DNA of 64,000 nt from Gemmatimonadota bacterium (GTDB lineage: Bacteria > Gemmatimonadota > Gemmatimonadetes > Longimicrobiales > RSA9). Below the pieces are notes generated by a model that saw only the letters and a list, made by a program, of their open reading frames with translations, searched no databases and was not told the DNA's origin. Positions 36,611-45,175 of the stretch are shown here, one piece after another (position 1 is the first letter of the stretch; each line of letters begins with the position of its first letter). The DNA lies in the NCBI GenBank assembly GCA_017881445.1, contig JADGQX010000002.1, forward strand, positions 610 to 64,609, given 5' to 3'. A program made the translations under genes and the position numbers.

Positions 36611-38953
36611 ATGAAGGGGTACATCAGCCGGTACGCCGTACGCTTGTTCCCGGCGCTGCTCGCCTGTGCCGCAGGCGCTGCTCCCGTTCGGGCCCAGAAC
36701 AGCCCCGTGCAGCTGGGGCAACTCGCGAATCAGGGCCGGGTTACGTTCACCCGCGGCGCAGCCGGCTGGGGCATCCGCATCGATGAGCCCGGGCGCGCGT
36801 CCATGTACCAGGCCCGCCCGCTCCAGCTCCGCACGGCCACCGATTCGGCGCCCGGCCCGGAGCTGGCCGCCGGATACGGCTCCGTCAGCAAGGACGGGAA
36901 CGCCGTGGTGGGCCGCGGCCAGCTGGCACCGGTGTCAGGCGTCACCATCCAGTTCGTGGACCGCTGGAGCATTGCCGGCCCGGTACTCAACTTCGAGCGC
37001 GCGGTCTCGGTGCACGGCTCCGCCGCAGGCGGGTTCAACTCGGTCATTGCCCTTTCCACCGTCAAGGGCTTTACCTTCTCCGAGCTGGACCTGTTCTTCC
37101 CGGGCATGCTTTACAGCGGCGAGCCCGAGCACATCGACCTGCGCGGGGCGGCGGGCCTGACCAACTTCATGGCCGGCCGCATCCAGGACCGCGAGGACAA
37201 CTTCACCATGCCGATCTTCGGCTTCTCCTTCCGGGATGGCCGCTCGATCGCGGTGCTCGACCCCTCGCCGGACGGCAGCACCGTCATGGCGGACACGCGA
37301 GCTGCTCCACAACGCTTTGCCCGAGATGTTCAGCAAGCGCCCCGGCCCGCGGCCGTCATCGAGGCGCGGATGCGTCTGGGCGGGATGGGCGCGTTTCAGA
37401 ACGCGGACGGGGGCGTGGACGTCGCCTACTGGTACCCGGGCAGCATTCCTTCCGCACCGAGGTACCACCCCTATCGCGACGGCCTCACCCAGAGCTATCG
37501 CCTGAAGTACCGCTTCGGCGAGGGCGAGACCTTCCATGACTTCTACCGGAACGCCTGGCGCTGGGGCTGGAACTTGTATGCGCCGAAGCCGGACTACTAC
37601 GATCTGGCGGTGATCCAACGCACGCTGGCGGACCACCTCACTTCGCTGATCGAGACCCGCCCGGAGTGGTCGGGCCTGCCCTTCATGCGCTCGACCATAG
37701 ACGGCAAGGTCAGGGTCGAGTCATCTCCGGTCGGCTGCCATACGGCGCCGCAGTACTGCAACGAGAAGCCGGGCGAGTACCGCTGGTCGCGCGCCATCAT
37801 GGGGTTCGTGGGCAAGAACCTGGAGTCCGCGTCCGAGATCCTGTACGACTCGTACGCGGACTCGAGCGCGCGCGGCGAGGATCACCGCCAGAAGGCGACC
37901 CGGGTGATCGACAGCTTCGTGAAGAAGGTCAAGGTGGATCCGCCCAACGGCTCCGGCTTCAACGTGGAGACCGGCGAGCCGTCCGTGACGAATCCCGAGG
38001 GCAATCACGTCACCTGTTGCAGCGGCCGGGTCTACCTGCGCGAATTCGCCGAAGACATGCGCTGGGTGCTGTGGGCCTACGAGTGGGAGAAAGCACGGGG
38101 CCGCGTGCACGCCGACTGGCTCGACTGGATGACGCGCTTCGGCAACTGGGCGCTGACGCAGCAGGCACCCGATGGCTCGTTCCCGCGCTCCTGGTATCCG
38201 GTGACCGGCGTGGTGCGAGACTCGTCCACCACCTCCGGCTACTTCGTGATGAACTTCTTCACCAAGCTGAGCCAGGTGACCGGGGATCCGAAGTACCTGG
38301 AATCCGCGAAGCGGGCGGGCGATTACGTGTGGCTCAACTTCAACCGCAACGACCACTACATTGGCGGCCCCATCGACCAGGTCAACGGCTTGAACAAGGA
38401 AGCGGCCACGCTGTGTCTGGAGGGCTACCTCGCGCTGTACGAGGCGACGCACGACCAGAAGTGGCTGCGCCACGCCCAGGGCGCTGCCGACTTCGCCGAG
38501 ACGTGGGTCTATGACTGGAACATACCCATGCCCGCGGACGAGAGCGCGGACTCCCTGACCTGGAAGCCGGGCGTGCCCACGCTCGGCGTGAACCGCGTCA
38601 CCGCCGGAGGCGGCGCGGACCAGTGGATGGCGGCCGACGTGGACGAGTACGCCAGGCTCTCGAAGCACACGGGTGACCGGCACTACATGGACGTCGCCCG
38701 CGTGCTGCTGTACGGCACCAAGGCCATGCTCGCGCTGCCCGGCCGCACCTACGACATGCTGGGCCCGGGCTGGCAGCAGGAGCACTGGAGCATGAGCCTC
38801 AACCGCGGGCACGCGAATCACCGCAACGAGTTCCCGTGGGTGCCGGCCAACCACATGAACGGATTGCTCAGCCTGAAGATCTTCGACCCGTCGTTATACG
38901 AGGAGCTGGCTCGCAAGCCGGTCGCGAGCCAGCCGGCCAGCGGGCGGCACTGA
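36611..38953 (+). CDS. unassigned secreted protein family, member A1 (predicted N-terminal beta-rich region plus C-terminal helical-repeat region)
   Basis: The gene is 780 aa with signal MKGYISRYAVRLFPALLACAAGAAPVRAQ. It shares blocks with 42719, 49419 and 53559: MGFVGKNLESA, DGSFPRSW, IGGPIDQVNGLNKEAATLCLEGYLALYEATHDQKWL, ADFAETW, NIPMPAD, PGWQQEHW and WVPANH. I recognise no named family. Confidence 0.85.
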   Translation: MKGYISRYAVRLFPALLACAAGAAPVRAQNSPVQLGQLANQGRVTFTRGAAGWGIRIDEPGRASMYQARPLQLRTATDSAPGPELAAGYGSVSKDGNAVVGRGQLAPVSGVTIQFVDRWSIAGPVLNFERAVSVHGSAAGGFNSVIALSTVKGFTFSELDLFFPGMLYSGEPEHIDLRGAAGLTNFMAGRIQDREDNFTMPIFGFSFRDGRSIAVLDPSPDGSTVMADTRAAPQRFARDVQQAPRPAAVIEARMRLGGMGAFQNADGGVDVAYWYPGSIPSAPRYHPYRDGLTQSYRLKYRFGEGETFHDFYRNAWRWGWNLYAPKPDYYDLAVIQRTLADHLTSLIETRPEWSGLPFMRSTIDGKVRVESSPVGCHTAPQYCNEKPGEYRWSRAIMGFVGKNLESASEILYDSYADSSARGEDHRQKATRVIDSFVKKVKVDPPNGSGFNVETGEPSVTNPEGNHVTCCSGRVYLREFAEDMRWVLWAYEWEKARGRVHADWLDWMTRFGNWALTQQAPDGSFPRSWYPVTGVVRDSSTTSGYFVMNFFTKLSQVTGDPKYLESAKRAGDYVWLNFNRNDHYIGGPIDQVNGLNKEAATLCLEGYLALYEATHDQKWLRHAQGAADFAETWVYDWNIPMPADESADSLTWKPGVPTLGVNRVTAGGGADQWMAADVDEYARLSKHTGDRHYMDVARVLLYGTKAMLALPGRTYDMLGPGWQQEHWSMSLNRGHANHRNEFPWVPANHMNGLLSLKIFDPSLYEELARKPVASQPASGRH

Positions 38954-38967
38954 GAGGTGGAAGGATG

Positions 38968-38993
38968 GGGGAGCGGCCGAGGCCGCTCCCCCA
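38968..38993 (+). terminator. GC-rich palindromic hairpin (element copy 1)
   Basis: GGGGGAGCGGCC-GA-GGCCGCTCCCCC starts 15 nt after the stop at 38953. Confidence 0.55.
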
Positions 38994-39043
38994 TTGCCCC
39001 TTCGGATTGAGCACGGCACGACACTGACGAATCGGTCTACTGA

Positions 39044-40504
39044 ATGAGGAATCGGCCAATGAATACAGCAGCGTTTCATTACCGTAATCCTGATCAATCA
39101 TCTCAGAAACTATCCGTTCTCGAGAAGATCGGCTTCGGCAGCGGCGACGCAGCGGTGAACGTCGTGTGGTCGGCATTGGCGATCATCATCACCTTCTTCT
39201 ACACCGACGTGTACAGATTGAGGGTTGAGCACATCGCGATGCTGGGGCTCCTTCCCCGGTTGATCGATGCATTCGCCGATGTCCTGATGGGCATGTTCAC
39301 GGACAGCCACAGCTCACGCTGGGGCCGATATCGGCCGTACTTTCTGTTCCTGTCCGTTCCATTCGGCATCGCGGTCATGCTCGTGTTCACCACGCCGGAT
39401 CTCTCCTACAACGGCAAGCTGATCTGGGCCTACGCGACCTACATTCTGATGATGCTGGTCTTCACCGCCATCGTCATTCCCTACATCTCCCTGCCTGGCG
39501 TACTGACGGCCGACTCGAAAGAGCGTCTGTCAGCCAACGGGTACCGCCTGTTCTTCGCTAAGGGCGCCTCATTGGTGGTTAACATCTTCGTGCCGATGTT
39601 TGCAGCGAGCTACGCGGCAAAGTGGGGCGCTGCGCAGCTCCCGAAGGGCTACCAGATCGCGATGGCGACGATGGCTGTGATGGCCACGCTGCTGTTCATC
39701 TTCTGTTTCTTCACGACGACCGAACGTGTAACCCTCAAGAGCGATCGAAAGCCGATTGGGGAGCAACTGAGCTTGCTCTTCCGCAACTCTCAGTGGCTCA
39801 TCCTGGCCGGCGTGTGCATTCTCAGCACGCTTGGCTATGTACTTCGCGGATCCGTCGGCTTCTACTACGCCAAGTACTTCCTCCGTGGTGACGCCGCGCT
39901 CCTGTCCGCCTTCATCACCGTCGGTATCATCGGCAACATCCTTTCCATGGTCGCTTCCACGTGGATCACGAAGAAGTACTGCAAGATACAGCTCTTTCGC
40001 TGGTGCCAGATCGTCACCTTCGGATTGAGCGTCCTCATGTTCCTGGTCGTAAAACCGGGGCTTGATGACAGGGTCATGGCCTTCGTTCTGTACTTCATCA
40101 TCAACTTCGTTGTGGACCTCCAGGGGCCAGTGTTCTGGTCCATCATCTCGGAAGCCGTGGACTACGGGCAGGTAAAGAGCGGCAAGCGCGTGACGGGCCT
40201 GGCTTTCGGTGGCATCTCCTGGTGTCAGAAGATGGGCATGAGCCTCGCCGCCGGCATGGCGGGATGGATTCTCACCTACTACAGCTATGTGGCGGACAAA
40301 GCATACAATCCGGCAGTCCCGCAGGATATGTTCACGCTGCGCGGCATCGCACTGATGCTCACGATCATTCCGGGCATCTTCCACCTGGCCACTGGTCTCC
40401 TGATGTATGGATACTTCATCACGGACAAGTACTACGCAGAGAACATCAAGGACAGACTGGCCGTCCTGCAGGGAGCGGAGACGCCGCTGGAGCCCGTCGT
40501 CTAG
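39044..40504 (+). CDS. GPH-family (MelB/XynP-like) glycoside-pentoside-hexuronide:cation symporter
   Basis: LSVLEKIGFGSGDAAVNVVWSALAIIITFFYTDV and FTDSHSSRWGRYRPYFLF (an RxGRRRP-like motif) are present, with about 12 hydrophobic spans. GC is visibly lower than in flanking genes. Confidence 0.85.
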   Translation: MRNRPMNTAAFHYRNPDQSSQKLSVLEKIGFGSGDAAVNVVWSALAIIITFFYTDVYRLRVEHIAMLGLLPRLIDAFADVLMGMFTDSHSSRWGRYRPYFLFLSVPFGIAVMLVFTTPDLSYNGKLIWAYATYILMMLVFTAIVIPYISLPGVLTADSKERLSANGYRLFFAKGASLVVNIFVPMFAASYAAKWGAAQLPKGYQIAMATMAVMATLLFIFCFFTTTERVTLKSDRKPIGEQLSLLFRNSQWLILAGVCILSTLGYVLRGSVGFYYAKYFLRGDAALLSAFITVGIIGNILSMVASTWITKKYCKIQLFRWCQIVTFGLSVLMFLVVKPGLDDRVMAFVLYFIINFVVDLQGPVFWSIISEAVDYGQVKSGKRVTGLAFGGISWCQKMGMSLAAGMAGWILTYYSYVADKAYNPAVPQDMFTLRGIALMLTIIPGIFHLATGLLMYGYFITDKYYAENIKDRLAVLQGAETPLEPVV

Positions 40505-40538
40505 CAACGGTTTCAGCCCAGTACTTTTGAGGCTTATC

Positions 40539-42473
40539 ATGGAAAAAGCGCAACCCGCGCTCAGACTGAGCATCGCCGCCGACAAACCGGGCGCGCGGAT
40601 CAGCCCGGCCATGTGGGGGATCTTCTTCGAGGACATCAATTTCGGAGCGGACGGCGGACTCTGCGCGGAGCTGGTGAAGAACCGGTCGTTTGAATTCCCG
40701 GAGCCATTGATGGGCTGGTCGAAGATCAGCCCGAGCCATGCCCGCGGCCAGCTGTCCATTCAGCATGACGGCCCGTTTGCCCCGGCGAATCCGAACTACC
40801 TGCGCATCGAGTCGCGGGCGACAGCGCCGTTTGGCGTCGCCAACGAAGGCTTCCGCGGCATGGGTGTACGGCAGGGCGAGGCGTATCACTTCTCGGCGCA
40901 CATCCGCAACGTCTCCGGGTCACCGTCAGTGCGCGTTGCCCTGTATTCCGCGCAGGGCCACCTGCTGGATTCGGTCCAACTGCAGGGATTCTCTTCGGAC
41001 TGGAAGAAGTGCACGGCTGTTCTGAATCCTCAGAGCACCGATGCCAAGGCCAGGTTGTATGTTCTGGTGGACGGTGAAGGCGTTGTGGACGTCGACCTGG
41101 TGTCGCTGTTTCCGGAGCATACCTGGAGGAATCGAATCGGCGGGCTCCGCGCCGACATGGTGCAGCTTCTCGCCGATCTGAAGCCCGGCTTCCTCCGTTT
41201 CCCCGGCGGCTGCATCGTCGAAGGCAGCGTGCTCGACTACCGTTACCAGTGGAAGAATACCGTTGGCCCGGTAGAGGATCGGAAGCTCGTCATCAACCGC
41301 TGGAATTACGAGTTCCTGCATCGGCCGGCGCCCGACTATTACCAGTCCTTTGCGCTGGGCTTCTTCGAGTTTTTCCAGCTCTGTGAAGACATCGGCGCGC
41401 AGCCGCTGCCGATTGTCAACTGCGGCATGGCATGCCAGTTCAACTCCTGTGAGCTGGTCCCCCTGGACCAGCTGGGGTCCTACGTCCAGGACGCCTTGGA
41501 TCTGATCGAATTCGCCGATGGTCCGGCGGACAGCACCTGGGGCAAGCTCCGGGCGCAGATGGGCCATCCCGAGCCGTTCAACATGAACATGATCGGCGTG
41601 GGCAATGAGCAGTGGGGGCCGCAGTATGTCGAGCGATACAACGTCTTCGCCGCCGCCATCAAGGCGAAGCATCCTGAGATGAAGCTCGTTGCGGCCACGG
41701 GCTCGGATGCCACCATTTTCCCCAACGGAAAGGCGGAGATTGAATACCTCTGGTCCGAGTGGCGGGCCCTCGAGCCGGAAATCGTGGACGAGCACTTCTA
41801 CCGGTATCCGGAGTGGTTCGCGGAGAATGCGAACCTGTACGATTCGTACGACCGCAACGGCCCCAGATTGCTGGTGGGCGAATACGCCGCTCAGAGCGTA
41901 GGGGTGGCCAGCCCGGACAACAGGAACAACTGGAAGACCGCCCTGTCAGAGGCGGCCTTCATGACGGGACTGGAGCGCAACGCCGATCTGGTAGTCATGA
42001 GCTGCTACGCGCCCCTGTTTGGCCACAAAGAAGCCTGGCAGTGGACGCCCAACCTGATCTGGTGCGACAACCTCTGCGTTTACGGTACCCCGAATTACTA
42101 CGTGCAGAAGGCATTCAGCACCAATCGCGGCGATGTGATTCTGCCCGTCCACCTGAGCGGTGGAGAAGCCGATTCGCAGCCCTCGTGCTTCGCCTCTGCC
42201 ACGCGCGATGAAGCAGCTGGAGAAATCATCGTGAAGGTGGTGAATACCGGGGCTGAGCGAATCACCGCCGGGCTTACGATCAACGGTGCAAGTCAGCTCA
42301 AGTCGACGGGGTTGGCCATGACCCTCAGCGGAGAGCTGGCGGCTGAAAACTCACTTGAGGAGCCCAGGAAGATTGCGCCGGTTTCTGCAACGGTCGCCGG
42401 CGTGAAACCGGAGTTCACGTACACCTTCGAGCCCTACTCCTTGACGGTGCTCAGGCTGGGCGAAAGAGCCTAG
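40539..42473 (+). CDS. GH51 alpha-L-arabinofuranosidase without a signal peptide (cytoplasmic)
   Basis: Blocks are ISPAMWGIFFEDINFGADGGLCAELVKNRSFE, FLRFPGGCIVEG, IGVGNEQWG, and LVGEYAA with the C-terminal beta-sandwich. The start MEKAQPALRL has no signal. The gene lies directly downstream of the GPH symporter. Confidence 0.9.
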   Translation: MEKAQPALRLSIAADKPGARISPAMWGIFFEDINFGADGGLCAELVKNRSFEFPEPLMGWSKISPSHARGQLSIQHDGPFAPANPNYLRIESRATAPFGVANEGFRGMGVRQGEAYHFSAHIRNVSGSPSVRVALYSAQGHLLDSVQLQGFSSDWKKCTAVLNPQSTDAKARLYVLVDGEGVVDVDLVSLFPEHTWRNRIGGLRADMVQLLADLKPGFLRFPGGCIVEGSVLDYRYQWKNTVGPVEDRKLVINRWNYEFLHRPAPDYYQSFALGFFEFFQLCEDIGAQPLPIVNCGMACQFNSCELVPLDQLGSYVQDALDLIEFADGPADSTWGKLRAQMGHPEPFNMNMIGVGNEQWGPQYVERYNVFAAAIKAKHPEMKLVAATGSDATIFPNGKAEIEYLWSEWRALEPEIVDEHFYRYPEWFAENANLYDSYDRNGPRLLVGEYAAQSVGVASPDNRNNWKTALSEAAFMTGLERNADLVVMSCYAPLFGHKEAWQWTPNLIWCDNLCVYGTPNYYVQKAFSTNRGDVILPVHLSGGEADSQPSCFASATRDEAAGEIIVKVVNTGAERITAGLTINGASQLKSTGLAMTLSGELAAENSLEEPRKIAPVSATVAGVKPEFTYTFEPYSLTVLRLGERA

Positions 42474-42509
42474 GATCTGGCGGCTCGCTGGCAATGGCGT
42501 CTCGGCAGT

Positions 42510-42536
42510 GGGGGAGCGGTCCTCGACCGCTCCCCC
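42510..42536 (+). terminator. GC-rich palindromic hairpin (element copy 2, inverted orientation)
   Basis: GGGGGAGCGGTC-CTC-GACCGCTCCCCC starts 37 nt after the GH51 stop. Its flanks (CACCCTTCAGCTCTCAATGG) are the reverse complement of the flank TGAGAGGTGGAAGGATG seen in copies 1 and 3. Confidence 0.55.
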
Positions 42537-42718
42537 ACCCTTCAGCTCTCAATGGCGAGCGGATGATCGCGGTGATGCAGTTCGCACTTTCTGGCGCGCT
42601 TTCGGATCAGCCGTGGCTTTCGAAGTGGACCTGCCGTAAGCACATTCAGTCTGGCGCTACCGCTGGCGGAACAAGACCGACCTGGGACGTGCAGCAACAC
42701 AGACAAGGGGGATTCCTC

Positions 42719-45028
42719 ATGAAGGGGTACATCAGCCGGTACGCCGTACGCTTGCTCCCGGCGCTGCTCGCCTGTGCCGCAGGCGCTGCTCCCGCACGGG
42801 CTCAGAACAGCCCCGTGCAGCTGGGGCAACTCGCGAATCAGGGCCGGGTTACGTTCACCCGCGGCGCAGCCGGCTGGGGCATCCGCATCGATGAGCCCGG
42901 CCGCGCGTCCATGTACCAGGCCCGCCCGCTCCAGCTCCGCACGGCCACCGATTCGGTAGCCCGCCCGGAGCTGGCCGCCGGATACAGCTCCGTCAGCAAG
43001 GTCGGGAACGCGGTGGTAGGCCGCGGCCAGCTGGCACCGGTGTCCGGCGTCACCGTCCAGTTCGTGGACCGCTGGAGCATTGCCGGGCCCGTCCTCAATT
43101 TCGAGCGCGCGGTCTCGGTGCACGGCTCCGCGGCAGGCGGTTTCAATTCGGTCATTGCCCTGTCCACCGTCGAACGCTTCACCTTCTCCGAGCTGGACCT
43201 GTTCTTCCCGGGCATGATCTACAGCGGTGAGCCCGAGCACATCGCGCTGCGCGCGCCGGCGGGGCTGACCAACTTCATGGCCGGGCACATCGAGGAGCGC
43301 GAGGACGGCTTCACCATGCCGATCTTCGGCTTCTCGTTCCGCGACGGCCGCTCGATCGCGGTGCTGGATCCAGCGCCCGACGGCAGCACGGTCGTGGCGG
43401 ACACGCGGGCGACCCGCGGCGCGACCGTGATCGAGGAGCGGATGCATCTAGGCGGGATGGGCGCCTTCCAGAACGCGGATGGGGGCGTGGACGTCGCCTA
43501 TTGGTACCCGGGCAGCATTCCTTCCGCACTGAGGTACCACCCCTATCGCGACGGTCTTACCCAGAGCTATCGCCTGAAGTACCGCTTCGGTGCGGGCGAG
43601 ACCTTCCACGACTTCTTCCGGAACGCCTGGCGCTGGGGCTGGAACATCTATGCGCCGAAGCCGGACTACTACGATCTCGCGGTGATCCAGCGCACGCTGG
43701 CGGACCACCTCACTTCGCTGATCGAGACCCGCCCGGAGTGGTCGGCGCTGCCGTTCATGCGCTCGACCATAGACGGCAAGGTCAGGGTCGAGTCCTCTCC
43801 GGTCGGCTGCCATACGCCGGTGCAGTACTGCAACGAAAAGCCGGGCGAGTACCGCTGGTCGCGCGCCATCATGGGGTTCGTGGGCAAGAACCTGGAGTCC
43901 GCATCCGAGATCCTGTACGACTCGTACGCGGACTCGAGCGCGCGCGGCGAGGAGCACCGCCAGAAGGCCACCCGGGTGATCGACAGCTTCGTGAAGAAGG
44001 TCAAAGTGGATCCGCCCAACGGCTCGGGCTTCAACGTCGAGACGGGCGAGCCATCCGTGACCAATCCCGAGGGCAATCACATCACCTGTTGCAGCGGCCG
44101 GGTCTACCTGCGCGAGTTCGCCGAAGACATGCGCTGGGTGCTGTGGGCGTACGAGTGGGAGAAGGCGAGAGGCCGGGTGCACGCGGACTGGCTCGACTGG
44201 ATGACCCGCTTCGGCAACTGGGCGCTGACGCAGCAGGGAGCCGATGGCTCGTTCCCGCGCTCCTGGTACCCGGTGACCGGCGTGGTGCGGGATTCGTCCA
44301 CCACCTCCGGCTACTTCGTGATCAACTTCTTCACGAAGCTGAGTCAGGTCACCGGTGACCCGAAGTACCTGGAATCCGCCAAGCGGGCGGGCGATTACGT
44401 GTGGCTCAACTTCCAGCGCAACGACCACTTCATTGGCGGGCCGATCGACAACGCGAACGGTATGGACAAGGAAGCGTCCACGCTATCGCTCGAGGGCTAC
44501 CTCGCGCTGTACGAGGCGACGCACGACCAGAAGTGGCTGCGCCACGCCCAGGGCGCTGCGGACTTCGCCGAGACGTGGGTGTACGACTGGAACGTGCCCA
44601 TGCCCGCGGACGAGAGCCCCGACTCCCTGACCTGGAAGCCAGGCGTGCCCACGCTGGGCGTGAACCGCATCGGCGCCGGGGGTGCGGGAGTGGACCAGTG
44701 GATGGCGGCCGACGTGGACGAGTACGCCAGGCTATCGAAGCACACGGGTGACCGGCACTATATGGACGTCGCCCGCGTGCTGCTGTACGGCACCAAGGCC
44801 ATGCTCGCGTTGCCCGGCCGCACCTATGACATGCTGGGGCCCGGATGGCAGCAGGAGCACTGGAGCATGAGCCTCAACCGCGGGCACGCGAATCACCGCA
44901 ACGAGTTCCCGTGGATACCGGCCAACCACATGAACGGGTTGCTCAGCCTGAAGATCTTTGACCCGTCGTTGTACGAGGAGCTGGCTCGCAAGCCGGTCGC
45001 GAGTCAGCCGGCCAGCGGGCGGCACTGA
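42719..45028 (+). CDS. unassigned secreted protein family, member A2 (recent duplicate of A1)
   Basis: The gene is 769 aa and collinear with A1, with mostly identical residues. It lacks the 11-aa segment AAPQRFARDVQQAPRPA found in A1 (TRATRGATVIEERMHLGG versus TRAAPQRFARDVQQAPRPAAVIEARMRLGG). Confidence 0.85.
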   Translation: MKGYISRYAVRLLPALLACAAGAAPARAQNSPVQLGQLANQGRVTFTRGAAGWGIRIDEPGRASMYQARPLQLRTATDSVARPELAAGYSSVSKVGNAVVGRGQLAPVSGVTVQFVDRWSIAGPVLNFERAVSVHGSAAGGFNSVIALSTVERFTFSELDLFFPGMIYSGEPEHIALRAPAGLTNFMAGHIEEREDGFTMPIFGFSFRDGRSIAVLDPAPDGSTVVADTRATRGATVIEERMHLGGMGAFQNADGGVDVAYWYPGSIPSALRYHPYRDGLTQSYRLKYRFGAGETFHDFFRNAWRWGWNIYAPKPDYYDLAVIQRTLADHLTSLIETRPEWSALPFMRSTIDGKVRVESSPVGCHTPVQYCNEKPGEYRWSRAIMGFVGKNLESASEILYDSYADSSARGEEHRQKATRVIDSFVKKVKVDPPNGSGFNVETGEPSVTNPEGNHITCCSGRVYLREFAEDMRWVLWAYEWEKARGRVHADWLDWMTRFGNWALTQQGADGSFPRSWYPVTGVVRDSSTTSGYFVINFFTKLSQVTGDPKYLESAKRAGDYVWLNFQRNDHFIGGPIDNANGMDKEASTLSLEGYLALYEATHDQKWLRHAQGAADFAETWVYDWNVPMPADESPDSLTWKPGVPTLGVNRIGAGGAGVDQWMAADVDEYARLSKHTGDRHYMDVARVLLYGTKAMLALPGRTYDMLGPGWQQEHWSMSLNRGHANHRNEFPWIPANHMNGLLSLKIFDPSLYEELARKPVASQPASGRH

Positions 45029-45041
45029 GAGGTGGAAGGTT

Positions 45042-45067
45042 GGGGGGGCGGTCGAGGCCGCTCCCCC
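45042..45067. terminator. GC-rich hairpin (element copy 3, one mismatch), between convergent genes
   Basis: GGGGGGCGGTCGAGGCCGCTCCCCC starts 14 nt after the stop at 45028. The opposite-strand gene ends at 45176. Confidence 0.45.
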
Positions 45068-45175
45068 GCTGCCGTGACGCCATTGCCAGCCAGACCTGCA
45101 CCGATGGCGGAGCGCCGACCCTGCCGTCCGGGAAGGCCGGGAAGCTCGTGCTTTGCTGCTCAACCCTCAATGTTC

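Larger units (their letters stand above)
36598..38998 (+). repeat. segmental duplication, copy 1 (~2.4 kb)
   Basis: This copy is near-identical at the DNA level to 42706..45072. Identity runs from about 12 nt upstream of the ATG (GGGGATTCCTCATGAAGGGGTACATCAGCCGGTACGCC) through the terminator hairpin. There are scattered substitutions and one 33-nt indel. Confidence 0.85.
42706..45072 (+). repeat. segmental duplication, copy 2
   Basis: See 36598..38998. Homology ends just after the hairpin in both copies. Confidence 0.85.
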
